Positions 1 through 9,336 of a stretch of DNA of 64,000 nt are shown piece by piece. The notes under the pieces are model-generated. The model was not told the origin of the DNA, searched no databases, and saw only the letters and a list, made by a program, of their open reading frames with translations. The stretch covers positions 93,752-157,751 of the IMG/VR virus record IMGVR_UViG_3300037461_000469; one strand, given 5' to 3'. This stretch comes from a virus (lineage: Duplodnaviria > Heunggongvirae > Uroviricota > Caudoviricetes). Position numbers and translations under genes: made by a program. Position 1 is the first letter of the stretch, and each line of letters begins with the position of its first letter.

Positions 1-191
1 GTCGATTCTTTTGATGTGTTTGGGAAATATAAGGTGTAGGTTATCTTGGGTGAAAAATTCAGGGGAAACGGGGATTTTTATTTCTTTTTTGTTTCTCCCC
101 AACTTAATGATAACTTCCTTTCCTGTAGCACTTTGATAATAAGGCATGAATTTTTTCTTCCTTCCTTTTGATACTCGAACCATTCTCTACT

Positions 192-752
192 CTATTTAGG
201 AGATTTATCACTTTTCTTCAAATTCTCTTCAGCCCACAAAGGCTGAAGATTTGTGTAGTGGCAGGCTTTTAGGAATTCTTCTCTGTTCGTTAAGTCGAAA
301 GAATCCAAAGGTTGAATGTGGTCAATATGCCACCCATGAATACCCCAATTCTCCCAATTCATTCCTTCTTGAAACTTCAATTCTAAATAAAGTTTAAATT
401 CGGAGATAGAACACCCAAGGTCTCTAACTGCGGAACCTGATTTTTGGTTGTTTTTAACAGCATGATACATTCTAGTTCTTAAATTACTAATAAGTTTATA
501 ATTAATATCTGTTTTTTTCCGTTTGTAAAAATATTGATTTGTTATTTCTTTATTATTTTGTCGATATTTTTTACATTGTAACAATCTTTTTTCTTTATTT
601 TGTTGATACCAAATTTTTGAGTATAATTTTTTCTTTTCCCTATTATTTTCGTCATATATTTTTTGTCGAATTAAAATTTGTTCTCTATTATCAATGTATC
701 TCTTTTTGATTGCTTCTTTCCTTTCTTCTTCTGTAAAATATTTTTTCCTCAT
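192..752 (-). CDS. HNH endonuclease (free-standing, paralog 1 of 3)
   Basis: GWHIDHIQPL...HYTNLQPLWAEENLKK HNH core after a Lys-rich helical N-terminus; AT-rich; GGAGG RBS. Confidence 0.85.
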   Translation of the reverse strand: MRKKYFTEEERKEAIKKRYIDNREQILIRQKIYDENNREKKKLYSKIWYQQNKEKRLLQCKKYRQNNKEITNQYFYKRKKTDINYKLISNLRTRMYHAVKNNQKSGSAVRDLGCSISEFKLYLELKFQEGMNWENWGIHGWHIDHIQPLDSFDLTNREEFLKACHYTNLQPLWAEENLKKSDKSPK

Positions 753-757
753 CTCAA

Positions 758-850
758 ACCTCCGACTAAGTTTAATTTATTGTAGGTAATTTGAAAAGAG
801 TCGGCTTTTCAAAAAGGGTTGCATCCCCTGTCCCTACACTATTATTTATT
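758..850 (-). ncRNA. Structured cis leader RNA of endonuclease gene, copy A
   Basis: Outer arms 781-786/833-838; inner hairpin 791-798/805-812; loop CCGACT (minus) complementary to AGTCGG overlapping the RBS (762-767); ATAAATA at 843-849. Confidence 0.7.
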
Positions 851-873
851 GTTTTTCGTCATTTTTTGTGTTT

Positions 874-912
874 AAAAAAATGGCCCCTAATTATTAGTTA
901 AGGGCCATTTTT
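874..912. terminator. Intrinsic terminator
   Basis: aatggccc...gggccatt inverted repeat with A/T runs on both sides, downstream of 923..1654. Confidence 0.75.
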
Positions 913-922
913 ATTATCGTAG

Positions 923-1654
923 TTACACGAGTTCTACTTTTTCCTTTGCAATCTTGAAGGTCTTGCCCGTGCCAAGTTCCTTTAGGAAGAAATGAGTCTT
1001 CTCTTCACGGTAAACGGAGAATCTGCGTTTCTTGTCGCCCTCTGCCGCCTCCAAAAGAGTACCAACCCGAACTTCCTTCTTTTCCTTGACAGGTTCCTTA
1101 ACCTCTTCCTTTACCTCTTTCTTCTCTTCCACTTTCACAGCACCCTCAGCCTTGGCCTTGCGTTCTGCGATTTTCTTCAGGATATCCTGACGTTTCCGTT
1201 CAGCGATTTTTTTGAGGATTGCCTGCTTGGATTCAGGAAGTTTTTCTACTGCTTCTTCCTCGTCTTCAACTTCTTCCTCTTCAGCGTCCTCTTCCCCTTC
1301 CTCTTCAACGTCTTCCTCGTCTTCAACTTCTTCCTCTTCAGGGGTTTCCTCGTCTTCTACTTCAACGTCCTCTTCTCCCTCAATTTCCCACTTTTCCTCA
1401 TCACCATCTGCTTCCTTCAAGGTCTTTTTAACCTTTTCGTCCACTTCGGTTTTCTCTTTCATCAGTTTGCGCTTCTCCATGATTTTCTTCTTCATCTCTT
1501 CAATTCTTTCCTTGCGGGAAATTGCCTTTGAACGAGACTCAGCAATCCTTTTGATGTTGTCGTTTTTCTTTTGGATAAGTGTTTCCTCTTCTAGCAACTG
1601 AGCATCATAGGCACTAATGATTTCTTCAGTTGACATACTCATATTTTTTTCCAT
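923..1654 (-). CDS. Glu/Lys-rich protein, possible internal head or core protein
   Basis: 243 aa ORF with long acidic tract and KQxILKKIAERK repeat; structural gene neighbourhood. Confidence 0.55.
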   Translation of the reverse strand: MEKNMSMSTEEIISAYDAQLLEEETLIQKKNDNIKRIAESRSKAISRKERIEEMKKKIMEKRKLMKEKTEVDEKVKKTLKEADGDEEKWEIEGEEDVEVEDEETPEEEEVEDEEDVEEEGEEDAEEEEVEDEEEAVEKLPESKQAILKKIAERKRQDILKKIAERKAKAEGAVKVEEKKEVKEEVKEPVKEKKEVRVGTLLEAAEGDKKRRFSVYREEKTHFFLKELGTGKTFKIAKEKVELV

Positions 1655-1668
1655 TGTGTGCCTCCTTT

Positions 1669-2349
1669 TTACCTGTACTCAGAGATGTTAACGTTTCCGC
1701 CAGCCGCTGAGTACATCCAAACGTTCTGAAGTGGTTCCAACCAAACTCCCCAAGTTCCGTCATCTGCTAGAGTGATTGCATTGGTCGGGGTGTTGTTGAC
1801 TGTTCCATCGTAGCCGATATATAGGGTTCCCCCTGTGCGGTTCCAAAAGAAGAAATACTCACGGACAGGAACACCTGTTATGAATGTGCAAGTTGCGGCT
1901 GCTGTAAATGCCAATGGGACTGCGCCTCTCTTAATGTTGTTGAGAGTTCCCGTGGATGCAGGAAGCGGGCCTGGGGCAGGAGTCCATGTTACTGACCCGT
2001 AGTAAATGGTTTCAGTACCAATACCACCTTCGGTGATTACAACGCTACCTGCATTTGGAAGCGAAGCCAAAGGTAGAGGCGGCTCAGTTGTGCGGGGATT
2101 GGTGTTGGTGAACTTGGAATAACTCGACCACGGAATATTTCCCCAAAGGTTGTCGAATGAAAGTTGTGTTGCTGTGGCAGAAAATCCTGCTGAAAGTCCG
2201 AACGATACTTGTGAAATGTTCGTAACTTGTTGAGCGGCTGCTGGTCCTAGCGTAACGGTGTAAACAATGGCTTCCTCGAAAGTTGCCTTGTTGTACTCAT
2301 TTCTGTGATAACTTGCTGGAATGATTTTCTTCATGGTAATTACCTCCAC
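1669..2349 (-). CDS. Putative virion structural/decoration protein (paralog of 2340..3170)
   Basis: Thr/Gly/Ala-rich; one copy of the (G)xxxxxTExIxYGxxTW...RG repeat; C-terminus resembles that of the neighbour. Confidence 0.55.
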   Translation of the reverse strand: MEVITMKKIIPASYHRNEYNKATFEEAIVYTVTLGPAAAQQVTNISQVSFGLSAGFSATATQLSFDNLWGNIPWSSYSKFTNTNPRTTEPPLPLASLPNAGSVVITEGGIGTETIYYGSVTWTPAPGPLPASTGTLNNIKRGAVPLAFTAAATCTFITGVPVREYFFFWNRTGGTLYIGYDGTVNNTPTNAITLADDGTWGVWLEPLQNVWMYSAAGGNVNISEYR

Positions 2350-3170
2350 TCAGCAATTGCGACTGGGCCAGTTACTCGACCTGTGCTGTCATCGATTGCC
2401 ACGTAAATTCTGTTTCTGCAAGACAATGGTAATGTAACGTTATCACCAAATGTAAGCGGGAGTGCATTGTCTCCATCAAAGGTAATTGCTGGGTTGAATC
2501 CGTAATACAAATAGACCCCTTCACTACCTGTTGCGTAATTGTGAAGTGATACGTATTCTCTTTCTTTGAAAATGTGTTCGAAACGAATTGGGATATTGGT
2601 TACGCTACCATTATGTGCGGCAGCGGTTGTACCATTATACCCTCTGAAGCAATACAACAGATTGCCTGCTGTCTTGTTCACATCGGTGTAAGTTAATCCA
2701 CCGTAGTAAATCCATTCCGTGTCCACAAAGATAACTCCTGTTTCCGGAATCTGTCCAGGTCTGTCTAGGGTAACGAATGGAATCGTTGTTGCTCCAATCA
2801 ACACGCTTGTGTTAATCCATGCAAACGCATCACCGAAATAAATATGTGCATTTGCTGCATGAATAGCCGCCGTTGTGCTTTCCCAACCTCTTTTACAAAG
2901 GTTGAATGTGCCTGTCGTTGAATTTGTCCAAGTAATCGAGCCGTACTGAATCTTTTCAGTTCCAACAAGGAATTCTCCTGCTGGCGGCAAAGTTCCCACC
3001 AAGGTATCAAAACCAAGTGTGGTTGCGGTAGCCGTCCAATCCCCTGCTAAAACATCAGGAGCGGTTGGCTGTCGAAGTACTCGGAGTTCATTAACGGCTG
3101 TACTAGAAGCGGTGTAGGTCTGAATGTACAATTCCTGGATTGTATCATTCACATACTCAAATCTTGCCAT
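2340..3170 (-). CDS. Putative virion structural/fibre-like protein with two internal repeats
   Basis: Repeats GEFLVGTEKIQYG...KRGWESTTAAIH and GVIFVDTEWIYYG...FRGYNGTTAAAH; late motif at 3225-3231. Confidence 0.6.
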   Translation of the reverse strand: MARFEYVNDTIQELYIQTYTASSTAVNELRVLRQPTAPDVLAGDWTATATTLGFDTLVGTLPPAGEFLVGTEKIQYGSITWTNSTTGTFNLCKRGWESTTAAIHAANAHIYFGDAFAWINTSVLIGATTIPFVTLDRPGQIPETGVIFVDTEWIYYGGLTYTDVNKTAGNLLYCFRGYNGTTAAAHNGSVTNIPIRFEHIFKEREYVSLHNYATGSEGVYLYYGFNPAITFDGDNALPLTFGDNVTLPLSCRNRIYVAIDDSTGRVTGPVAIAEWR

Positions 3171-3227
3171 GTAATAATCCTCCTGGGCTAAGTTAAAATA
3201 TAAAGTAATGCTTGCCCTAATAACTAT

Positions 3228-3740
3228 TTATTGTTTTTCTTCTTTTTCTGCTTCGTTTTTGTTTTTTTCTTGGTAATAAGTCCAAACATTTTCTTTGTAA
3301 TGATGGATGTAATTCTGATTGATGACCTCTTCAACCAAGAATCCCTCAGCCCCTTTAAACTTGTAAGAGATTTCTCCCTTGCCACCCGAAACGATATCAT
3401 CGATAGTTTTCAGATTTTGTTTAAATTTCGGTTGTGAGATAACGCCTGCGAAGTCTTCGGCTTTTTCAAGGTTCTGAAGAATCTTCTTGGAAATGAAAAC
3501 GTCTCCTTCCTTGTACTTTGCTGAATTTTTACCCCACGTGGTCATCATCTTGTTCAGGTCGATGACTTTGGCCTTTGGGCCAGGCCGAAGATAATTCCGT
3601 GGGTTGATTGGTTCACGTCCTGTCCGCTGTTGGTTTAGCACCCAAGCAGGCACTTGCGGTTGATTTGGTCTTTGTGCAGGACGTTGCATTGGTCTAGGCA
3701 TCGGCCTAGGCATTGGTTTTTGCAGTTTGTCGTCTGGCAT
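3228..3740 (-). CDS. Hypothetical protein with Pro-rich N-terminus
   Basis: 170 aa ORF, PMPRPMPRPMQRP repeat, in operon. Confidence 0.6.
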   Translation of the reverse strand: MPDDKLQKPMPRPMPRPMQRPAQRPNQPQVPAWVLNQQRTGREPINPRNYLRPGPKAKVIDLNKMMTTWGKNSAKYKEGDVFISKKILQNLEKAEDFAGVISQPKFKQNLKTIDDIVSGGKGEISYKFKGAEGFLVEEVINQNYIHHYKENVWTYYQEKNKNEAEKEEKQ

Positions 3741-4185
3741 TTTTGGTTCTCCTTTCGGTTTTTGGTTTAGTAGGATTTTTTGGTGGTGTTACAGGTGGTG
3801 TTACAGGAGTGGTTTTTAAATTTCTTTCTAACCACTCGATGTCAAATCCAAGGACTTTCAGATAGTTGAAAATATCCTCATCCTTATTGTGTTTGTCCCG
3901 TCTCAACATTTCAATCATTCGTTCAGCCGCTTTTTCCCGTGGTACTCTAGTCATTACCACACCACCATCGCTATCCGTGGCTAACAAAGATTTTCTGAGA
4001 CCGTTGACGTACTCTGATAATTTTTCCTCAATGTTTTCTAGTTTTTTGTCTAATTCTGTTTTGGTTTTTTGTTTTCTTTCGTGTAAGTTTAGAATATCTG
4101 ACCAATAACTCATCTCAATCATTCTTTTCAGAAACTTTGGTTTGTGGTGGAAAGAGTCCAACCACAATAAAAATCGCCTTTTCAT
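3706..4185 (-). CDS. Hypothetical protein
   Basis: 159 aa ORF with AGGAGG RBS. Confidence 0.6.
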   Translation of the reverse strand: MKRRFLLWLDSFHHKPKFLKRMIEMSYWSDILNLHERKQKTKTELDKKLENIEEKLSEYVNGLRKSLLATDSDGGVVMTRVPREKAAERMIEMLRRDKHNKDEDIFNYLKVLGFDIEWLERNLKTTPVTPPVTPPKNPTKPKTERRTKNARRQTAKTNA

Positions 4186-4197
4186 ATCGCCTCCTTT

Positions 4198-4938
4198 TTA
4201 ATCTACGCTACGAAAAACAGGGAATGGCGGGGCTGACCACTTGAAATGGATGGTCAAATCGTCCTCCAATTTTTCCTTTTCCGTTTGGCCTTCTGTCTTC
4301 AATGTTTCCCCGTTAAGAGAAACTGAGTTGTTGAACCCTGGCAAACTTTGGAACTTACTCCTGATTTCGCCTAGTTCAATCTTACAAAGAGCGAGAGTGT
4401 ACTCACGAACAAATCGTTCGTTCAGTAATTCGTCAGTAGTCCCTTGGTGGAACACTTCGATAAAGAGTTTGGTGTATTCATCGTCAGGCTTTGGAACAAC
4501 GTGGAGCATCTTCGTATTCGTGTTGAAAAATAGACGGAACTTGGAAATGGTGATGTACTTCAAATAGTGAATCCATTGTTGGAGCATATAAAATGAAACC
4601 ATGTCAAATGATTTCAGGCTGAGGACATCGCTAGCCGCATAGCCTGACAATTGCGCTAAGACCCATGCTGAAACTGATTGACTAGTCTTATCGTATCCCA
4701 ACTGCATGACGTAATCGGGAAGTTGATAATCTTGAACCCCTATTTGTAAATCCAAGGCCATGAAAGACCTTGTATTGCCCCTACCTGTCGAGTATTCTCT
4801 GAACAATTGAATGGCATCGTAGAGGTTTGTGTCGATTTGAGAATCAGCCAATTCTACCCTGACTTTGGGTTCACCTAGTTTTCTGCGGATGTAATCTCTG
4901 AACTCTATTACTGTTTTGATTTGTTCGGAAACAGCCAC
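4198..4938 (-). CDS. Neck protein, T4 gp13-like
   Basis: DYIRRKLGEPKVRVEL.DSQI...A N-terminus and YTLALCKIELGEIRSKF...NGE C-terminus typical of gp13. Confidence 0.8.
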   Translation of the reverse strand: MAVSEQIKTVIEFRDYIRRKLGEPKVRVELADSQIDTNLYDAIQLFREYSTGRGNTRSFMALDLQIGVQDYQLPDYVMQLGYDKTSQSVSAWVLAQLSGYAASDVLSLKSFDMVSFYMLQQWIHYLKYITISKFRLFFNTNTKMLHVVPKPDDEYTKLFIEVFHQGTTDELLNERFVREYTLALCKIELGEIRSKFQSLPGFNNSVSLNGETLKTEGQTEKEKLEDDLTIHFKWSAPPFPVFRSVD

Positions 4939-5321
4939 TATTCCTTCCCTTGCCTACCTGTGCTGGCAATCGTGTATTCTCCTGCAATCGGGGAGTAGCC
5001 TTCGTTCAATTTGGTGTCCTCTTTGACAACCTTTCTACCTCTTTTTGCAGATTCTTCCACAGGCTCTTTCGTCAATTCTTTGTCCTTTGCGGGTTGCTTG
5101 ACTTCGTTAATCAACCCTTTTTCGTTCTTTTTCTTTGCACCTTCCTTCCCTTCCTTCACGACTGAGTTGGGGTCAGGAATGAGGCGAAGGTAACTTGCGT
5201 ACTGTTTTTCCAATCCTTCCTGAACGAGCCGCTTGTGTTCTCCAGGAAAAAACTTCACGGGTACGGCGTTGGCTAGGAAAATTGTTACCTCTCTGTTTCG
5301 ATAGTTCTGATAAATTGGCAT
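4938..5321 (-). CDS. Hypothetical protein
   Basis: 127 aa ORF coupled to neck gene. Confidence 0.55.
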   Translation of the reverse strand: MPIYQNYRNREVTIFLANAVPVKFFPGEHKRLVQEGLEKQYASYLRLIPDPNSVVKEGKEGAKKKNEKGLINEVKQPAKDKELTKEPVEESAKRGRKVVKEDTKLNEGYSPIAGEYTIASTGRQGKE

Positions 5322-5337
5322 TTTTGCCCTCCTTTCT

Positions 5338-5784
5338 TCATTTTTCGCTACTTAAAATGTCCCGAATCATTCCTAAAAATTCATTCAAGTCGGGGTCATT
5401 TGTGTAGTTCATACTATTATTTATGATTTCTAGTATTTTTTCGTGATTTTTTGGATTTATTGAAACTTCTTTTATTGGGGCTAGAGATATTTCAGAGAGG
5501 GAATTTATGACAATCGGAGTTAAATCGGGGGATTGCACGGGAGCAATCGCTAGTGTAATCGGAGTTAATTTCGGAGTATCGATAGACTTGATGTTGACAG
5601 GCAGAAGCCGCCTTTCTATCTCACGAATGATTTCGTTGAGTTCGACTTTTCGGACGTGCTTGGGAAACGTATCTGCCAAATCGTCCGCGCTAGTTTCGTA
5701 GTACCCGCCTGCGGGTACGGTTATTTCTGTCCCTTTGAATCTTAAAACAACATCACGACCTGTACGAGAGGTATATCTTGGCAT
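5338..5784 (-). CDS. Hypothetical protein
   Basis: 148 aa ORF; N-terminus weakly like that of 4938..5321. Confidence 0.55.
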   Translation of the reverse strand: MPRYTSRTGRDVVLRFKGTEITVPAGGYYETSADDLADTFPKHVRKVELNEIIREIERRLLPVNIKSIDTPKLTPITLAIAPVQSPDLTPIVINSLSEISLAPIKEVSINPKNHEKILEIINNSMNYTNDPDLNEFLGMIRDILSSEK

Positions 5785-5801
5785 CCATTCAGTTCCCCAA
5801 A

Positions 5802-6740
5802 TTATTTAGGGGTATTCTGTTCTTTCTGCTTCTGTTCTTTCCAAGTGTTGAAGAATTTCCGCATCAGATTTTTGAAACCATCAAGAGTGTCAGGCATTTT
5901 TTCCACCGTTATCGTCTTTGGTTTCAGCCGCTTCTCTTCATCCCGTTCGGCCTTGATAAGCGTGTTGGTCGAGAGCCAAAGCACAACGGCGAGAGGGTCG
6001 AAAACAAAAACGAGAATCAGGATAAGGATGGTAACGATGGAATCCATGCTACTAGACAACAACTTGGTCAAGTAGCGCAACGGGCCAACGTCAATCTTTC
6101 TGTCCTCTTCACGAATCTTGAAATTGTCGGCTTTCAGCGTACTGAGTTTGTCGTTTTCTTTGGCGATGTTGTCGTAGCCGCTGTCTATCCTTTCTGTTAG
6201 GGTTTTGATTTCGGCATCAGACTTGGTAATATCCTGACGGGCTTGGTCTTGCATCCTGCGATTGAGTGCCACCTGCGCCTGATTGAGTCGGGTTTCTTGT
6301 GCGTTACGTTGGGAGTTAAGAGTGTCGAGACGTGTCGTGTCTCTAGAGATTTGTTGGCGAAGGTTGTTGATGCGTTCGCCAATTAAGTTCTGTTGCTCCG
6401 TGTTGTAACTTTGGCTAGTCGTTGTTGCCGCCACCCTGTCGGACGATTTTTGATAAGCGTTAGCCAAGTACCCGTATGCGCCTAGGCTCGTAATGAACAT
6501 CAGGACAACGATGGCTGTTATCAGGTATCGCTGTATCAACTTAGGTAGTTTCTTGGCGTAGTTGTATACCATCGAAACCGACAAAATCTTGCCTAGTTCC
6601 AACGCCGAAGTCATAATGATAACAGGTAGCCGTGAGCCTGCGAACAGGGTGGATAAACCGTAAACTGAAAAGACAGCACTACAAGCCGCAATTACAAGTG
6701 CGCCTGCGCCGCTAATATGGTAGAATTTTATTTTTCTCAT
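5802..6740 (-). CDS. Multi-pass membrane protein with long coiled coil
   Basis: Three N-terminal hydrophobic helices, about 130 aa coiled coil, C-terminal helix LILVFVFDPLAV; late motif at 6750-6756. Confidence 0.7.
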   Translation of the reverse strand: MRKIKFYHISGAGALVIAACSAVFSVYGLSTLFAGSRLPVIIMTSALELGKILSVSMVYNYAKKLPKLIQRYLITAIVVLMFITSLGAYGYLANAYQKSSDRVAATTTSQSYNTEQQNLIGERINNLRQQISRDTTRLDTLNSQRNAQETRLNQAQVALNRRMQDQARQDITKSDAEIKTLTERIDSGYDNIAKENDKLSTLKADNFKIREEDRKIDVGPLRYLTKLLSSSMDSIVTILILILVFVFDPLAVVLWLSTNTLIKAERDEEKRLKPKTITVEKMPDTLDGFKNLMRKFFNTWKEQKQKEQNTPK

Positions 6741-6759
6741 GGATACCTTTATTTATTGA

Positions 6760-6942
6760 TTAGAACCGTGGTGTACACTTCGGACAAGGGCAAGAAATCC
6801 AATGAATACAGGTGGAGCCATCTTTCTTTTTCCCCTTGCCGTGGCACTCAGGACAACTATCGTGCAGACAGGGTTCTTCCTTCTCGTCTTCGTCTTCCAC
6901 GTCCTTCATCCAATCGCTGTCAACCCAAACTGCTTCGTTCAT
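6760..6942 (-). CDS. Small Cys-rich (Zn-binding) protein
   Basis: CLHDSCPECHG...CIHWISCPCPKC. Confidence 0.6.
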   Translation of the reverse strand: MNEAVWVDSDWMKDVEDEDEKEEPCLHDSCPECHGKGKKKDGSTCIHWISCPCPKCTPRF

Positions 6943-6948
6943 TTTATA

Positions 6949-7140
6949 CTACTCCTTCGGAATCGTTTTCCCCGTCAGGGGACGAAGAAATCCATCCAAG
7001 ATAAAAAATTGTTCTTGTAGATACTCGATAATCATATCCACTTGCTTGTTGTGTTCTTCATAATTTCGAACACTATCGGGGTCTAGTTTCAACTTCTTAA
7101 TCTCTCTGATTACGTTCATCGTTTCCCCCATTAGTCCCAC
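6949..7140 (-). CDS. Hypothetical protein
   Basis: Short ORF in operon; start may be the internal Met at 7119. Confidence 0.45.
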   Translation of the reverse strand: MGLMGETMNVIREIKKLKLDPDSVRNYEEHNKQVDMIIEYLQEQFFILDGFLRPLTGKTIPKE

Positions 7141-7682
7141 CAGCCTTGACCACGCTTTTCCAAGATGTGATAAATCAGGTGGTTAATTTTCTTCTCCCGA
7201 ATCATCCTTCGTCTTTCAACTGCCCAATATTTTTCTTTGGCTTCGGGGGAAGACCAAGATGAAATCATTTCGACTGTTCCCTTTTCATCGGGTTCACCCC
7301 AAGATATTTCCCCGTGTTCTATAGACTTCCACAAATCATCTTCCAAGTCTTCCATCTTCTTTTTTTCGTCCATCAACTTGATGCAGAGGTTGATGTACCT
7401 TTCCATCCACCAACCGTCTTCGAAGACTTTATCGTAGGGTCTTTTTTGAAGGTTCTTCAGTTTGCGGTAGATGAACCTTTCGGTAAAGGCTTCGTACTCC
7501 CAATCCCTGTCCTTCCACACAATCGGCAGCCACGCAAAAATATTGCTGATGCCAATGGTGATGTTGTAGTACTTGGTTTCTAACCAATCAAACACTCTGC
7601 TCTTTTTTGCCAAATCGTGCAGAGCCTCTTTAGTAAACATAACTTTCCATTTATCCATTTTGTTTCTCCTGTAATCTTTCAC
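7131..7682 (-). CDS. Hypothetical phage protein
   Basis: 183 aa ORF with WLPIVWKDRDWEY motif. Confidence 0.6.
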   Translation of the reverse strand: MKDYRRNKMDKWKVMFTKEALHDLAKKSRVFDWLETKYYNITIGISNIFAWLPIVWKDRDWEYEAFTERFIYRKLKNLQKRPYDKVFEDGWWMERYINLCIKLMDEKKKMEDLEDDLWKSIEHGEISWGEPDEKGTVEMISSWSSPEAKEKYWAVERRRMIREKKINHLIYHILEKRGQGWWD

Positions 7683-7772
7683 CTATATAATAACATATTG
7701 CAAACATAAAAGCATCAAAGTCTAAACCCAATACAATACTCCAAATTAATATTTCTATTGCCCACGGTTCAT

Positions 7773-8054
7773 TCATTTATTCACTACCTCGTAACTAGAA
7801 CAATCGCCGTGGTCTTTGATAAAACTCAGGCAAGTCCAACACACGAAAATCTTCTCCTTTGTTGGTTTAAAAAATACGGGAAACCTTTTGAAACTGTCGT
7901 TACCCGTGTTCTTTCCGCAAATTTGGCAGTCGTAGTCGAAAATAATTGCGGGGTCATTTATCTTCCGTACCAAGTTTTCCCCTCTATCCAAAAGTCGTTC
8001 AATTTCGGGTATATGTCGTGCATTTCCCATAACTTGTGTTGGTCGGAACTGCAT
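7773..8054 (-). CDS. Zn-ribbon protein
   Basis: CQIC...CWTC; overlaps upstream gene by 97 nt so the start is uncertain. Confidence 0.45.
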   Translation of the reverse strand: MQFRPTQVMGNARHIPEIERLLDRGENLVRKINDPAIIFDYDCQICGKNTGNDSFKRFPVFFKPTKEKIFVCWTCLSFIKDHGDCSSYEVVNK

Positions 8055-8737
8055 AATTTGTAAGTCTCATTGAGTTGTAATTTTAGTCGCTTGATATCAA
8101 AATTTGTGAGTTCTTCCCGATATGTGGATTCATCTTGTTTGATAGAAGGCTTGTCCTTCAAATTTTTTGCCAAAATAATCATCTGTTCGTTGTTCAAATC
8201 CTTTATCAGAAGGATGGTTTGTTTGAGTTGGACTGCGATTTTGACGGCAACGTTAATCAAGTCGCCGCTTCCCAAGTCCAAAATCTCCAACGTATCCGAT
8301 TCGGAGTTGAACGTAGTATTTCTAGGTTCGTTGTGGTAGACTCCCCTGTAACGGCTTCCAAAATTCCACAGGACACCGTTGGAGTACTTTTTGAAAATCT
8401 TTTTGACTGCTCTATTTTTGAAGACCGTTAAAGGCTCGTGAAGATATCGTAGAATCACAGATGTACTGTTCGGAAAGATAATGATGCCGCCTTTCCCACC
8501 CTTTTCCATTTTGTGCTTTTTCACTACCTCTGCATCGGCCTCTTTTCCCTCTAGGTCAAAATATGCCTTCTGTGAATCATCGAAGAGTTTCTTTTTCAAT
8601 GCCGCCATCAGCCAATACCTGACATCGTATTTGAGAGGAATCTTGATGTAGTAGTCGTACTTTTGAAGAAACTTGTTCTTCTCGTTGATAACATCCAAGT
8701 ACTTTTCAAAGTAAGAAATCTTGCGGTACTTTATCAT
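7958..8737 (-). CDS. Hypothetical protein
   Basis: 259 aa ORF, ATGA-coupled. Confidence 0.6.
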   Translation of the reverse strand: MIKYRKISYFEKYLDVINEKNKFLQKYDYYIKIPLKYDVRYWLMAALKKKLFDDSQKAYFDLEGKEADAEVVKKHKMEKGGKGGIIIFPNSTSVILRYLHEPLTVFKNRAVKKIFKKYSNGVLWNFGSRYRGVYHNEPRNTTFNSESDTLEILDLGSGDLINVAVKIAVQLKQTILLIKDLNNEQMIILAKNLKDKPSIKQDESTYREELTNFDIKRLKLQLNETYKLCSSDQHKLWEMHDIYPKLNDFWIEGKTWYGR

Positions 8738-9336
8738 TTCAGTCTCTTTTTTATCCTGTCGATTTTATTTATAAAGTCGATATACTTTTGTTCCGTAGCG
8801 GCTGTCGTTTCCTTCATTACGTTGTCAAAGTTGCGAAGCAGTTGATTCTCCGACACGTCCCAATCCCACAACAGGTTCTTGTTGACTGTGGAAAGCGACA
8901 GGTTCAAAGCCTTCGTCTGAATCAGGTCTTGGCGTAAATTCTCGTTAATCACGAGTACTTTGGAAAGACTCAGTTTGAGTTCTTGAAACTCCCCACGGGT
9001 CTTTTCTTTATACTTTTGAAAAGTGTAATCCCGCAGGCTTAGTTCTTCTTTGTGCTTTTCCTTTTCGTCCAATCTCTCTTTGACTGCACGTTCTAGCAAT
9101 TTGGACTTGGTTCTAGCATCTTCTTCAAATTGCAGAGTGATGAGGGTGATTTTATCAGCGGCTTCTTGTTGAACTTGCGCACGACCTACATTGATGTAAA
9201 GGTCTTTTAAATCCTTTAGCATAAAAACAACAAGGCCTGCGGCAATAAACCACAGAAAATTTTTGCTTAAAAATTTCTTCATTTGACTCGTTCTTGTCTC
9301 TTGATGTAACACTTGTTGCACAAAGTCGATTTCCAA
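8734..9336 (-). CDS. Membrane-anchored coiled-coil protein
   Basis: N-terminal TM helix FLWFIAAGLVVFML then heptad-rich region. Confidence 0.6.
   Translation of the reverse strand: MEIDFVQQVLHQETRTSQMKKFLSKNFLWFIAAGLVVFMLKDLKDLYINVGRAQVQQEAADKITLITLQFEEDARTKSKLLERAVKERLDEKEKHKEELSLRDYTFQKYKEKTRGEFQELKLSLSKVLVINENLRQDLIQTKALNLSLSTVNKNLLWDWDVSENQLLRNFDNVMKETTAATEQKYIDFINKIDRIKKRLK

Noticed and set aside
992-1601. Plus-strand ORFs 992..1531 and 1212..1601 (Phe/Leu- or Ser-rich)
   Set aside because: Antisense shadows of the Glu/Lys-rich gene 923..1654; low complexity, no RBS.
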